The position numbers and the translations under genes are program-made. The notes beneath the pieces were generated by a model that did no database searches, was not told the origin of the DNA, and saw only the letters and a program-made list of their open reading frames with translations. This document shows, piece after piece, positions 1-11,791 of a stretch of DNA of 64,000 nt. Each line of letters opens with the position of its first letter. The stretch's first letter is position 1. Origin of the DNA: an uncultured Candidatus Rokubacteria bacterium (GTDB lineage Bacteria; Methylomirabilota; Methylomirabilia; Rokubacteriales; CSP1-6); contig CAVWWD010000008.1 in assembly GCA_963758635.1 (NCBI GenBank), forward strand, positions 992,001-1,056,000, given 5' to 3'.

Positions 1-1725
1 CCAGCGCCGCGGGAGGAACTCGGGCAGCACGATCGTCACCATCTGGTCGTCGCCGCGCGCGTGGATGTGGTCGATGTAGTCGAGCAGGGGCCCGAGCAGC
101 GACCGGTACGGTGACGTCAGCACGACCAGCGGCACGCCGAACCCGCACTTCGCCCACTTCTCCTCGAGCCGGCTCGTCCGCGCGGGGTCGGTCTCCACGT
201 ACACGGCACGGACGGCGGCGTTCGGCGCCAGCGTGTTCGCGTACTGGACGGCCCGGACGACCCCCCGGTGCACGTCGCCGATCAGCACGAGCACGGTGTG
301 CTTGAACTTCGGCAGCCCGTCCAGGCCTTCCAGCGACAGCTCCGACGCGACTTCCTCGTAGTGCCGGTGCATCGCCACGAAGGTCGCCACCAGGAGCGGG
401 ATGATCACGACGACGATCCATGCGCCCTCGCGAACTTCGTCGCGGCGAGGGTGAGAGCACGATGCGCGGTGACGACCGCTCCCACGCCGCTGATGGCGAT
501 GCGCCAGCGCCACCCGGGCTCGCGAAGCCTGAAGCCAGCGCACGACCATGCCGCTCTGGGAGAGCGTGAACGACAGGAAGACCCCCACGGCGTAGAGCGG
601 GAGCAGCGAGCGCGTGTCGCCGGCGAAGCCCACGATGAGGAGGATGGCGAAGCCGCTCAGGATGAGGATCCCGTTGGTGAAGACCAGGCGGTCGCCCTGG
701 GTCCCGAGCTGCCGCGGCATGAACCGGTCCCGCGCGAGGATGGAGGAGAGGCGCGGGAAACGCCGAGTAGGAGCCGTTGGCGGCCAGCAGCAGGATCATC
801 ATCGTGCCGAGCTGGATGGCGTAGTACATCAGGCTCGTCCCGAACACCCGTCGCGCGACCTTCGAGACGACGGTCTCGTCCTCTCCCGGGACGATGCCGA
901 AGTCGTAGGCGAGGTAGGTGATGCCGAGGAACATGACGATCGAGAGCACTCCGAGCCACGTCATGACGGTCTGGGCGTTCGGGCCCTCGGGCGACCGGAG
1001 CGCGGGGACGCCGTTGGAGACCGCTTCGACGCCGGTCAGCGCGGTGCAGCCGGCGGCGAAGGCGCGCAGGAGGAGGAAGAGGCCGATGCCCTCGAGGCCC
1101 GGGAGGGTGGGGCGCATAGGGCGCCTCGGGCAGGAGGTCGAGCCACGCCGCCACCAGCCCATAGCCGATCATGGCGAGCATCTCGCCACGAAGAAGTACG
1201 TCGGGAGCGGCGAAGATCCGGCCGGACTCGCGTAGCCCGCGGAGGTTCCCGAGGGTGATGGCCGCCACGGCGAGGATCCCGAGGAGGACGCGGTAAGGCA
1301 GGAAGCGCGGGAAGGCGGAGGTGATGGCGGCAACGCCGGCGGCGACCGAGACGGACACGGTGAGGACGTAGTCGGTCAGGAGCGCGGCCGCGGCCACGAG
1401 GGCCGGGCGTCTGGCCGAGGTTCTCGCGAGCCACGACGTACGCGCCGCCTCCCTGAGGATACGCGGCCACCGTCTGACGGTACGAGGTGACCACGATGGC
1501 GAGGAGGGCGGCGATGGCGACGCCGATGGGCAGGGAATAGCTGAGAGCGGCGCTGCCCGCGAGGACCAGGACGTGGAGGATCTCCTCGGTGGCGTAGGCC
1601 ACCGAGGACAGGGGGTCGGAGGCGAAGATCGCGAGCGCGACCGCGTTTCCAAGACGCTCGTGGCGGGCCTGGGCGAGCGACATGGGTGCGCCGACGAAGA
1701 AGCGCTTGAGGAGGGCGAGTCGCAT
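1..1725 (-). CDS. APC-family amino acid/K+ permease, KimA (YdaO)-like; runs off the left edge; several frameshifts
   Basis: N-terminus MRLALLKRFFVGAP...AIFASDPLSSVAYATEEIL; later segments ALLTDYVLTVSVSVAAGVAAITSAFP, GNLRGLRESGRIFAAP and C-terminal ...DDQMVTIVLPEFLP, spread over three frames. Confidence 0.85.
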
Positions 1726-1806
1726 GAGTCATCGAAACTCTACGCCCGGGCCGGCGGCCGAGGGGATCTTTTTGACCGAGCGGCGGACGTGGCCGGGCCG
1801 GCCGGC

Positions 1807-4479
1807 TCAGGCGGCGCTCGGCTTGATCGGCCTCGCCCACCGGCAGCGTGAACAGGAACGCCACGCCGCCCCCCGGCAGGTTGTGCGCCCAGATGCGGCC
1901 GCCGTGCGCCCGGACGATGCCGCGGCAGATGGCGAGGCCGAGCCCGGCGCCGCGCGCCCCGAGCTGCTCGCCCCGGTAGAACTTCTCGAAGACCTCCTCT
2001 TCCTCGCCCGGCGGGAGGCCGGGCCCGCGGTCGGCGACCTCGATGGTCACGTTGTGCTCGGTCGCGGTCGCGATCACCTCGATCGGGCTGCCCGGCGGGC
2101 GTGTACTTCAGCGCGTTGTCGAGGAGGTTGACGAGCACCTGCTCGATGAGCACGTCGTCCATCGGGACCAGCGGAAGGTCCGGCGGCACGCGGGTGGTGA
2201 CGCGCCGGCCCGCGAGCCGCTTGCCCAGCCGACCCAGCGCGGCGCCGATGATCTCTTCCGGCGGGTGAAGGTCGCGGCGAAGCTGGAGCGCGCCCGACTC
2301 GAGGCGGGTCATCTCGAGGAGGTTGTGCACCAGCCGGTTGAGGCGCTCGGCCTCGTCGCGCACGGATTCCACGAGCTCGCGCTGGGTCGAATCGAGGGGC
2401 TTGCCGGATTCGAGGATGGCGGTGGAGGCGCCGGTGATGGCGGCCAGCGGGGTCCGGAGGTCGTGCGAGACCGAGCTGAGCAGGGAATTGCGCAGGCGCT
2501 CCGTCTCGATCCGGAGCTCGGCCTGCTGCGCCTCCTCGGCGAGGCGGGCCCGCTCGAGCGCCAGCGCGATCTGCCCGGCGAACGTCTCGAGGCGGTGGAG
2601 GAGCTCCGGCTCGTCCATCGCGTGTGGGTCGGCGGGCCGGATCCCGAGCACGCCCACCGGGCCCGACGAGCCGATCAGCGGCACGTAGAGGGCGGAGGCG
2701 CCGGGGAGGGTCGTCGTGCCGAGCCCGGCGGGCTGACGGTGCTCGAAGACCCAGCGGCCGACCCCGAGGTCGTTGTCGTCCACGTCGAACTGGCCGCCGC
2801 CCCCCGCCTCCAGACGGCCGCCCGCGCCGGGCAGGAGGACGACGATCTGGCCCCGGAAGACGTCGGCCACGTGCCGGATCGCGATCTCCAGCAGGTTGTC
2901 CAGGCCGCGCGTGCTCGACAGCTCACGGCTCATGGCGTACAGCGTCGCCGTCTCCTGCTCACGATGCTGGGCGGCGTCGGCTTGCGCCCGTGTCCGGGCG
3001 GTCAGGCCGCTGATGACGAAGCCGACCGCGAGCATCACCAGGAAGGTGAACACGTAGCGGAAATCCGACACGGCGAAGGTGAGGTAGGGCGGGACGAAGA
3101 AGAAGTCGAAGGCGGCGACGCTCAGGACCGAGGCGGCCAGCGAGGGAGCCCGACCGGTGCGCATCGCGACGATCACGATGGCGAGCAGGTAGAGCATGAC
3201 GACGTTCGAGAGCTCCGAGAACGGAAACAGGAGCCAGGCCACACCGGTGGCCGCGGCGACGATCCCCCCGCCCACGCGTACGCGAGCCAGTCGGTGGCGA
3301 GCGGGCGGCGGGAGAGCGAACGGGAGCCGCGCCCTCCTCCCGCGCGCCGCTGATCACCTGCACGTCGATGTCGCCGCTGCCCTGGACGAGCGCGTCGACG
3401 ATCGAGCCCATGAGGATGCGCTGCCAGAGCTTGCGGGTGGGCTTGCCGACCACGATCCGGGTGACGTTCCTGTCCCGCGCGTAGGCGAGGATGGCCTCGC
3501 TCATCGTCTGGCCGCTCAGCGTGATCGTCTGGGCGCCCAGCGACTCGGCCAGGCGCAGGGTCTGGATCACGCTGTCCTTGGCCTCCGCGGGCAGGCGCAG
3601 GCTCGCCGGCGTCTCCACGTAGGCGGCGATCCACTCCGCGCCCATCTGATCGGCCATGCGCTTGGCGGCGCGCACGAGGCGCGTGGACCAGGGGGTGGGC
3701 CCGATGGCCACGAGGATGCGCTCGGCCGTCGGCCAGACGCTCGCGATGGCGTGCTCGCGCCGGTAGACGCGCATCTGCGCGTCGACCCGCTCGGCGGTGC
3801 GGCGCAGTGACAGCTCGCGGAGGGCGATGAGGTTGCCCTTGCGGAAGAAGTTCTCCAGCCCCTCCTGGGCGAGGCCCGGCACGTAGACCTTGCCCTCGCG
3901 GAAGCGCTCGAGCAGGTCGTCGGGCGGCAGGTCGATCAGCTCGACCTCGTCGGCCTGCTCGAAGACGGAGTCGGGGACGGTCTCGCGCATGACGACGCCG
4001 GTGACCTTGGCGACGACGTCGTTCAGGCTCTCGATGTGCTGGACGTTCACGGTGGTGTAGACGTCGATGCCGGCGTCGAGCAGCTCGACGACGTCCTGCC
4101 ACCGCTTGGCGTGGCGCGATCCGGGAGCGTTGGTGTGGGCCAGCTCGTCGACGAGGACGATGGCGGGGCGGCGGGCGAGCGCGCCGTCGAGGTCGAACTC
4201 CTGGAGAGCGGTGCCGCGGTACTCCGCAATGCGGCGGGGCAGGACCTCGAGCCCGTCGAGGAGGGCCTCGGTCTCGGCCCGGCCGTGCGTCTCCACGTAG
4301 CCGACGACGACGTCCACGCCGTCCGCGCGCTGCTCGCGCGCCGCCTCCAGCATGGCGTACGTCTTGCCGACGCCGGCCGCCGCGCCGAAGAAGACCTTCA
4401 GCTTTCCGCGGCGGGCCCGCGCCTCCTCTTCCTTGACGCGGGCCAGGAGCGCCTCGGGATCGGGCCGCTGCTCGCTCAT
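1807..4479 (-). CDS. kdpD: Osmosensitive K+ channel sensor histidine kinase KdpD (KdpD-USP-TM-GAF-HisKA-HATPase); frameshifts near 3280 and 2100; exact stop uncertain
   Basis: RGKLKVFFGAAAGVGKTYAML, LVDELAHTNAPGSRHAKRWQDV, SVSHDLRTPL, NLLDNALKYTP, GAGLGLAICRGIV. Confidence 0.93.
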
Positions 4480-4564
4480 GGGTGGTCTCGGCCCATTCTA
4501 CGCGCGGGCGAAGGCTCGGGCCGCGCCGCCAAGAGGGGCCAACGGACCGTCCCGTAGCGAGCCA

Positions 4565-4618
4565 TTTACGCGGAGCTGGGCCATTTTAGTGCGGCGTTTA
4601 CGGGCCGGTCCCTACGCT
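4565..4618 (+). promoter_or_regulatory. Candidate KdpE-dependent promoter: TTTA(C/G) repeats and -10 TACGCT
   Basis: TTTACG (4565), TTTAGT (4585), TTTACG (4597) in GC-rich context resemble the TTTAYA direct repeats of the E. coli KdpE box; TACGCT at 4613-4618. Confidence 0.4.
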
Positions 4619-4640
4619 GTCCGGGTAGGAGGTGAACCTC

Positions 4641-4724
4641 ATGGGCGACGTGGTGTACCTCGGCCTTACCGTGCTGTTCTTCGGGCTCACCTGGGCCTTC
4701 GTGACGCTCTGCGATCGGGTGTAG
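4641..4724 (+). CDS. 27-aa hydrophobic membrane peptide upstream of kdpF (MGDVVYLGLTVLFFGLTWAFVTLCDRV)
   Basis: Read by hand; strong RBS AGGAGGT just upstream; its TAG stop overlaps the AGGAGG RBS of kdpF. Confidence 0.7.
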   Translation: MGDVVYLGLTVLFFGLTWAFVTLCDRV

Positions 4725-4734
4725 GAGGAAAGCC

Positions 4735-4827
4735 ATGCCGTTGCTCTACGTCGTCGGGGGAATCGTGGCGGTGGGCCTGCTGGTGTATCTCGTGCTGGCC
4801 CTGCTGAAGCCGGAGATCTTCGCGTGA
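4735..4827 (+). CDS. kdpF: K+-transporting ATPase subunit F ([30 protein letters not shown])
   Basis: YLvxALLKPExF signature, RBS AGGAGG, GTGA overlap with the kdpA start. Confidence 0.9.
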   Translation: MPLLYVVGGIVAVGLLVYLVLALLKPEIFA

Positions 4828-6630
4828 CCGCGCCGGGAGTGCTCCAGCTCGTCCTGTACGTGGTGGTCCTGCTCGCGCTGGCCAAGCCGCTCGGCGCCTA
4901 CATGGCGCGCGTCTACATGGGGCAGCCGATCGGGCTCGACCGGGTCCTCGGGTGGCTCGAGCGGCTCGTCTACCGCGTGTCCGGCGTCCGGCCCCAGGAG
5001 GAGATGGGCTGGAAGACCTACGCCGTCACCATGCTGGTCTTCAACTTCGCGGGCCTTCTCGTCGTGTACGCGCTCCAGCGCTTCCAGGGCGTGCTGCCCT
5101 TGAACCCGCAGGGCCTCGCGGCGGTGTCGCCCGACTCCTCGTTCAATACCGCCGTGAGCTTCGCCACGAACACGAACTGGCAAGGCTACGGCGGCGAGAC
5201 CACGATGAGCTACCTCACCCAGATGCTGGGGCTCACCGTCCAGAACTTCGTGTCGGCGGCGGCCGGCATGGCCACGCTGGCCGCGTTCATGCGGGGCTTC
5301 GCGCGACGCTCCGCCGCCACCATCGGCAACTTCTGGGTCGACCTGACCCGGACCACGCTCTACATCCTGCTGCCGCTATCGTTCGTCCTCGCCCTGATCC
5401 TGGTGTCGCAGGGCGTGGTTCAGACGCTCTCGCCCTACGCGAAGGTCGCGGTCGTCCAGCAGACCCAGTACGACGAGCCGGTCACGGACGCCGACGGCAA
5501 GCCCGTCCTCGACGAGAAGGGCCAGCCGAAGACGAAGAAGTCCACGCTGACCGAGCAGGTGCTGGCGCTCGGGCCCGCGGCCTCCCAGATCGCGATCAAG
5601 CAGCTCGGGACCAACGGCGGCGGCTTCTTCAACGTGAACTCCGCGCACCCCTTCGAGAACGCGACGCCGCTCTCGAACTTCCTCGAGCTGCTCTCGATCC
5701 TCGTGATCTCGGCCGCCCTCTGCTACACGTTCGGCGTCATGGTCGGGGACACGCGCCAGGGCTGGGCGGTGCTGGCCGCCATGACCGTCATCTTCGTCGG
5801 GCTCCTCGCCGTCTGCGTGGTCGCCGAGCAGCAGGGCGCCACCCTGGCCGGGACAAGGCGTGGACCACACGGCCAGCACGCTGCACTCCGGCGGCAACAT
5901 GGAGGGCAAGGAGGTCCGCTTCGGGATCGCCAACTCGGCGCTCTGGGCCACCGCCACCACGGCGGCGTCGAACGGGTCCGTCAACGCCATGCACGACTCC
6001 TTCACGCCGATCGGCGGGCTGGTGCCGATGTGGCTGATGCAGCTCGGCGAGGTGGTGTACGGCGGCGTGGGCTCCGGCCTGTACGGCATGCTCGTCTTCG
6101 CCATCATCGCCGTCTTCGTGGCCGGCCTCATGGTCGGCCGCACCCCCGAGTACCTCGGCAAGAAGATCGAGGCCTACGAGATGAAGATGGCGTCCCTCGT
6201 CATCCTCATCCCGCCGGCGGTGGTCCTGATCGGGACGGCGGTGGCGGTGGTGAGCCCGGGCGGCAAGGCGACCGTCTTCAATCCCGGCGCCCACGGCTTC
6301 AGCGAGGTGCTGTACGCGTTCTCGTCGGCCGGCAACAACAACGGCAGCGCGTTCGCGGGGCTCGGCGCCAACACGCCGTTCTACAACACCTCGCTGGGCA
6401 TCGCGATGCTCTTCGCCCGGTACTGGCTGGCCGTGCCCACGCTGGCCATCGCCGGCTCGCTGGCCCGAAAGAAGTCGGTCCCGCCCGGCGTGGGGACGCT
6501 GCCGACCCACACGCCGCTCTTCGCCGGGCTCCTGATCGGCGTGGTGCTGCTCGTCGGCGCCCTGACGTTCGTGCCGGCCCTGGCGCTGGGGCCGATCGTC
6601 GAGCATCTCATCCTCGTCGCGGCGAAGTGA
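4824..6630 (+). CDS. kdpA: K+-transporting ATPase subunit A; one frameshift near 5850
   Basis: [64 protein letters not shown]. Confidence 0.95.
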
Positions 6631-6641
6631 GGAAGCGAGCC

Positions 6642-8714
6642 ATGGCAAGCACCGGCAAGACCCGATCGCTGTTCGATCCGTCGATCCTCCGGCAGGCCGC
6701 CATCGACGCGTTCCGCAAGCTCACGCCCGCGCGGCAGGTGCGGAACCCCGTGATGTTCGTGGTCTACGTGGGGTCGATCCTGACCACGCTCCTCTGGGTC
6801 CAGGCCGTCGTCGGCCGGGGCGAGGCGCCGCCGTGGTTCATCTTCTGGGTGTCGGTGTGGCTCTGGTTCACGGTGCTGTTCGCCAACTTCGCCGAGGCGA
6901 TGGCCGAGGGCCGGGGCAAGGCCCAGGCCGCCTCGCTCCGGAAGGCCCGGCGCGAGCTCTCGGCCAAGAAGCTCCGGCGGGCGGAGCGCGGCGCCGGCTT
7001 CGAGCTCGTGCCCGCCCCGGCGCTGCGCAAGGACGACCTGGTGCTGGTCGAGGCCGGCGACGTCATCCCCGCCGACGCCGAGGTGATCGAGGGCGTCGCC
7101 TCGGTGAACGAGGCGGCCATCACCGGCGAGAGCGCGCCGGTCATCCGCGAGAGCGGCGGCGACCGGAGCTCGGTGACGGGCGGCACCCAGGTCCTGTCGG
7201 ACTGGCTCGTCGTGCGGGTCACCGCCAACCCGGGCGAGGCGTTCCTCGACCGGATGATCGCGCTGGTCGAGGGGGCCCGCCGGCAGAAGACCCCGAACGA
7301 GATCGCGCTGGACATCCTGCTCGCCGCCATGACGATCATCTTCCTGCTCGCCACCGCCACGCTGCTCCCGTTCTCGATCTATAGCGTCGGGGCGGCTGGC
7401 CAGGGAACGCCGGTCACGGTGACCGTGCTCGTCGCCCTGCTCGTCTGCCTGATCCCGACCACCATCGGCGCGCTCCTGTCGGCCATCGGCATCGCCGGCA
7501 TGGACCGCATGATCCAGAAGAACGTCATCGCCATGTCCGGCCGGGCGGTGGAGGCGGCCGGCGACGTGGACGTCCTCCTGCTCGACAAGACGGGAACGAT
7601 CACGCTCGGAAACCGACAGGCCACCGCTTTCTTCCCGGCCGAGGGCGTGACCGAGAGCGAGCTGGCCGATGCCGCCCAGCTCGCTTCGCTGGCCGACGAG
7701 ACCCCGGAGGGTCGCAGCATCGTGGTCCTGGCGAAGGAGAAGTACCGGCTGCGCGAGCGCGAGGTGGAGAAGCTCGGGGCGACGTTCGTGGCCTTCACCG
7801 CGCAGACGCGGATGAGCGGCGTGAACCTCAACGGGCGTCAGGTGCGCAAGGGGGCCGCGGACGCCATCGAGGCCCACGTGACCCGCCTGGGCGGCGCCTT
7901 CCCCGCGGGCGTGCGCGCCATCGGCGACCGGATCGCGCGGGAGGGGGCCACGCCGCTCGTGGTCTCGGACGGCGCCTCGGTGCTCGGTGTCATCCAGCTC
8001 AAGGACATCGTGAAGGGTGGGATCAAGGAGCGCTTCGGCGAGCTCCGGCGGATGGGCATCCGGACCGTCATGATCACCGGCGACAACGCGCTCACCGCGG
8101 CGGCGATCGCCGCCGAGGCCGGCGTCGACGACTTCCTGGCCCAGGCCACGCCGGAAGCCAAGCTCAAGCTGATCCGGGACACCCAGGCGCAGGGACGACT
8201 GGTCGCCATGACCGGCGACGGCACGAACGACGCGCCCGCGCTCGCCCAGGCCGACGTGGCGGTGGCCATGAACACCGGCACCCAGGCCGCCAAGGAAGCC
8301 GGCAACATGATCGACCTCGACTCGAACCCGACCAAGCTCCTCGAGGTGGTGGAGACGGGCAAGCAGATGCTGATGACCCGTGGCGCGCTGACCACCTTCA
8401 GCATCGCCAATGACGTGGCCAAGTACTTCGCCATCATCCCCGCCGCGTTCGCCACGACCTATCCCGCCCTCGAGGCGCTGAACGTCATGCGCCTGGCCAC
8501 GCCGCAAAGCGCGATCCTGTCCGCCGTCATCTTCAACGCCCTGATCATCGTCGCCCTCATCCCGCTCGCCCTGAAGGGCGTCCGGTACCGGGCGCTCGGG
8601 GCCGCCGCGGTCCTGCGCCGCCACGTGTGGATCTACGGGGTCGGCGGCATCGTCATCCCGTTCCCGGGCATCAAGCTGGTCGACATGCTGCTCGTCGCCC
8701 TGCGCCTCGTGTAA
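6642..8714 (+). CDS. kdpB: K+-transporting P-type ATPase subunit B
   Basis: [41 protein letters not shown]. Confidence 0.97.
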   Translation: MASTGKTRSLFDPSILRQAAIDAFRKLTPARQVRNPVMFVVYVGSILTTLLWVQAVVGRGEAPPWFIFWVSVWLWFTVLFANFAEAMAEGRGKAQAASLRKARRELSAKKLRRAERGAGFELVPAPALRKDDLVLVEAGDVIPADAEVIEGVASVNEAAITGESAPVIRESGGDRSSVTGGTQVLSDWLVVRVTANPGEAFLDRMIALVEGARRQKTPNEIALDILLAAMTIIFLLATATLLPFSIYSVGAAGQGTPVTVTVLVALLVCLIPTTIGALLSAIGIAGMDRMIQKNVIAMSGRAVEAAGDVDVLLLDKTGTITLGNRQATAFFPAEGVTESELADAAQLASLADETPEGRSIVVLAKEKYRLREREVEKLGATFVAFTAQTRMSGVNLNGRQVRKGAADAIEAHVTRLGGAFPAGVRAIGDRIAREGATPLVVSDGASVLGVIQLKDIVKGGIKERFGELRRMGIRTVMITGDNALTAAAIAAEAGVDDFLAQATPEAKLKLIRDTQAQGRLVAMTGDGTNDAPALAQADVAVAMNTGTQAAKEAGNMIDLDSNPTKLLEVVETGKQMLMTRGALTTFSIANDVAKYFAIIPAAFATTYPALEALNVMRLATPQSAILSAVIFNALIIVALIPLALKGVRYRALGAAAVLRRHVWIYGVGGIVIPFPGIKLVDMLLVALRLV

Positions 8715-8793
8715 TGCCCCTCGCAGAATACGGTAACCGCCACGGGCCCCTACAGTCCCACCGCTCGGCATTGGTCTGATGCGCGTGGCTCAT
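8712..8793. repeat. ~80-nt intergenic repeat, copy 1 (copy 2 at 37742-37814)
   Basis: Shared core TAACCGCCACGGGCYCCTACAGTCCCACCGCTCGGCA..GTCTGATGCGC. Confidence 0.85.
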
Positions 8794-8808
8794 AGAGGAG
8801 ATCGAGAC

Positions 8809-9384
8809 ATGCTCGCGCACTGCCGCACCGCCATCGTGTTGCTGGTCCTGCTGTCCGCCATCACGGGGATCGCGTACCCGGCGCTGGTGACCGCCATCGC
8901 CCAGGTCGTGTTCCCGTACCAGGCCAACGGCAGCCTGGTGATGAAGGACGGCAAGCCCGTGGGCTCGGCCCTGATCGGGCAGCCCTTCGACGACCCGAAG
9001 TACTTCTGGAGCCGCCCATCGGCAACGTCGCCCTTCCCTTACAACGCGGGCGCATCGTCAGGCTCGAACCTGGGCCCGATCAACCCGGCGCTCGCCGACG
9101 CGGTCAAGGGACGCGTCGAGGCGCTCCGTGCCGCCGACCCGGGTAACACCGCGCCGGTGCCCGTGGACCTCGTCACGGCCTCGGGCAGCGGGCTCGACCC
9201 GCACATCAGCCCGGCCGCCGCGCTCTACCAGGTCCGCCGGGTCGCCAAGGCGCGCAGCCTGGACGAGGGCGCGGTGCGCGATCTCGTCGTCCAGCACGTG
9301 GAGAGCCGGCAACTCGGCATCCTCGGCGAGCCACGGGTCAACGTGCTCGCGCTGAACCTCGCCCTCGACGCCCGCGGCAAGTGA
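8809..9384 (+). CDS. kdpC: K+-transporting ATPase subunit C
   Basis: [54 protein letters not shown]. Confidence 0.96.
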   Translation: MLAHCRTAIVLLVLLSAITGIAYPALVTAIAQVVFPYQANGSLVMKDGKPVGSALIGQPFDDPKYFWSRPSATSPFPYNAGASSGSNLGPINPALADAVKGRVEALRAADPGNTAPVPVDLVTASGSGLDPHISPAAALYQVRRVAKARSLDEGAVRDLVVQHVESRQLGILGEPRVNVLALNLALDARGK

Positions 9385-9520
9385 CCGCGGGCGTCCCACG
9401 ATCGACTCCTCGCACGCTGCAGACCTTCGCGATCCGGTGGTGACGGCGGCCGCCGCCGATGTTGTCCCTCGCGGTGACCGAGGTCCGGCCGCGGCGTAGA
9501 ATGCGGTGGGAGCAGACATC

Positions 9521-10867
9521 ATGAACGGCACCGATCGCCTCCTCGCCGCCATCCGGAGCCTTGCCGCCGGCGACGCCGACGCCCGCGATCACGCGCTCGT
9601 CGAGGAAGCGCATCCCGCCGACATCGCCGCCGCGCTGCGCGAGCTGCCGCTCGTCGAGCAGGTCGCGGTGTTCCGCGGGCTGGCCCAGGAGCGCGCGGGC
9701 GAGGTCCTCTCGGAGCTCGACGACGACGCGCTCCTGCAGCTCGTGCGGGCGCTCGACGAGGTCGAGGTCTCGCGGATCCTCGACGAGATGCCGCCGAAGC
9801 ACGCCGCGGATGTCGTGGAGGAGCTGTCGACCGAGCAGGCGGAGAAGATCCTGGACCTCATGCAGGAGGAGAAGTCGGAGGAGATCCAGGAGATCCTCGA
9901 GTACCCGGAGCACTCCGCGGGCCGCCTCATGTCGCCCGACTTCGTGGCCGTGAACGAGGTCGGCGACGGTCGAAGCAGGCGATCGATCACATCCGGAAGT
10001 CCGCCTCCCAGGAGCGCGCATTCGACCTCTACGTGGTCGACGATCACCGCCATCTCGTCGGGGTCGTGCCACTGCGCCGGCTGCTGACCGCCAGCCCCGC
10101 GAGCCCGGTCTTCGCCGTGCGGGACGAGAACGTGGTGAGCGTGACCCCCGAGATGGACCAGGAAGACGTGGCGCGCCTGGTCGCGAAGTACGACCTGGTG
10201 ACCGTGCCCGTGGTCGACGCGCGCCAGCATCTCGTCGGGACCATCGCGGTGGACGACGTCCTCGACATCGTGGGCGAGGAGGCGTCCGAGGACATCTTCC
10301 GGATCGCCGGATCGGACGCGGCGGAGCTGGAGCGCCGGTCGCCCGGGCAGGTGGCGCTCATGCGGCTGCCGTGGGTGCTCGCCACGCTCCTCATCGAGCT
10401 GGGAGCCGGTGTGGTCATTCACTACTTCGACGCGACGTTGAGCCGCGTCATCCTGCTCGCGTCGTTCATGCCCGTGATCCAGGCGATCTCGGGCAACACG
10501 GGGCTCCAGTCGGTGACGATGGTGGTCCGCGGGCTGGCGACGGGGCAGGTGCAGATCACCCGCTGGTGGGAGCCGCTCCGCCGGCAGATGCAGACGTCGA
10601 GCATCCTGGGCGGCGTATGCGGCGTGCTCGTCGGGGTCATCGGGACCGTCTGGCACTCGCCGGCCTTCGGGTCTCGTGGTGGGGGTCTCGATGTTCATCT
10701 CGGTCAACCTGTCGGGCATCGCCGGCACGGTCATCCCCATGCTGTCCAAGCGCCTCGGCTTCGATCCCGCCCTCACCGCAGGGCCGTTCGAGACGGCGTT
10801 CCAGGACGTGCTCGGCATCACGATCTTCCTCTCCCTCGCGACCGCGCTCATCCACTGGCTGGCGTGA
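9521..10867 (+). CDS. mgtE: Magnesium transporter MgtE (N-domain, CBS pair, TM); frameshifts near 9960 and 10670
   Basis: HPADIA, YPEHSAGRLM, AKYDLVTVPVVD, RLPW, GNTGLQS, GFDPALTAGPF...QDVLG. Confidence 0.9.
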
Positions 10868-10972
10868 CGGCCGACCCCGCCGGGCAGCCGCGCGCCGACC
10901 AGGGGCCCGGCGGGGCGCACCGGCCGGGCCCTCGCGCGAGCGTCGAGGATGCAGGCAGGGGCGCGGGCCCTC

Positions 10973-11665
10973 ATGCCTGAGCCGGTGATCGTCCTCATCG
11001 AGGACGAGCCGCCAGATCCGGCGATTCCTGCGCGCCACCCTGACGGGACAGGGCTACCGGCTCTTCGAGGCGGGACGGGCGCCGACGGGGTCGTCGAGGT
11101 CGCGACGCGGCAGCCCGACGTGGTCATCATCGACCTCGGCCTCCCGGACATGGACGGGCTCGAGGTGATCCGGCGGGTGCGCGAGTGGAGCGCCGTGCCG
11201 ATCATCGTGCTCTCGGCGCGCGGCCAGGAGCGGGACAAGGTCGCCGCGCTCGACGCGGGCGCGGACGACTACATCGGGAAGCCGTTCGGCGCGGGCGAGC
11301 TCCTCGCCCGGGTGCGCGTGGCCCTGCGCCACGGCGCGGGGGCCGCGCGGGAGGGGGAGGAGGCGCCGTTCACGATCGGCGACCTCAAGGTCGATCGTCT
11401 CCACCGCCGGGTCTTCGTGGGGGCGACCGAGGTGCGGTTGACCCCGATCGAGTACCGGTTGCTCGTCACGCTCGTCAAGCACGCGGGGAAGGTGCTGACG
11501 CACCAGCAGCTGCTGCGGGAGGTCTGGGGGCCCGGCCACACGGAGCAAGCTCACTACCTGCGCGTCTACATGGCCCACCTGCGGCACAAGCTCGAGGCCG
11601 AGCCGGCGCGCCCGCGCTATTTGCTCACCGAGCCTGGCGTCGGCTACCGCCTGGCCGCGGAGTAG
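10973..11665 (+). CDS. kdpE: OmpR-family response regulator KdpE; compensating indels near 11010-11075
   Basis: IIDLGLPDMDG, KVAALDAGADDYIGKPF, LTPIEYRLL, YLRVYMAHLRHKLE, LLTEPGVGYRL. Confidence 0.92.
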   Translation: MPEPVIVLIEDEPPDPAIPARHPDGTGLPALRGGTGADGVVEVATRQPDVVIIDLGLPDMDGLEVIRRVREWSAVPIIVLSARGQERDKVAALDAGADDYIGKPFGAGELLARVRVALRHGAGAAREGEEAPFTIGDLKVDRLHRRVFVGATEVRLTPIEYRLLVTLVKHAGKVLTHQQLLREVWGPGHTEQAHYLRVYMAHLRHKLEAEPARPRYLLTEPGVGYRLAAE

Positions 11666-11791
11666 CCGCTCCGGCGGTGGCCTGACGCGTGGCGGCGGCG
11701 TGCGCGTACCAGATGAAGGCGCAGCCCATCTCGCGGCTCTCTGGTGGCGAGCGGGAGGCGGGCCATGGAGCCTCCTCTGCGTCGGATGGAT

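Noticed and set aside
4824..8714. 1296-aa KdpA-KdpB fusion in the ORF track
   Set aside because: Artefact of the kdpA frameshift; the true kdpA C-terminus ends at 6630 and kdpB has its own start at 6642.
8712..8793. c-di-AMP (ydaO) riboswitch in the kdp operon
   Set aside because: Too short, lacks the ydaO consensus as I recall it, and recurs antisense in an unrelated operon.
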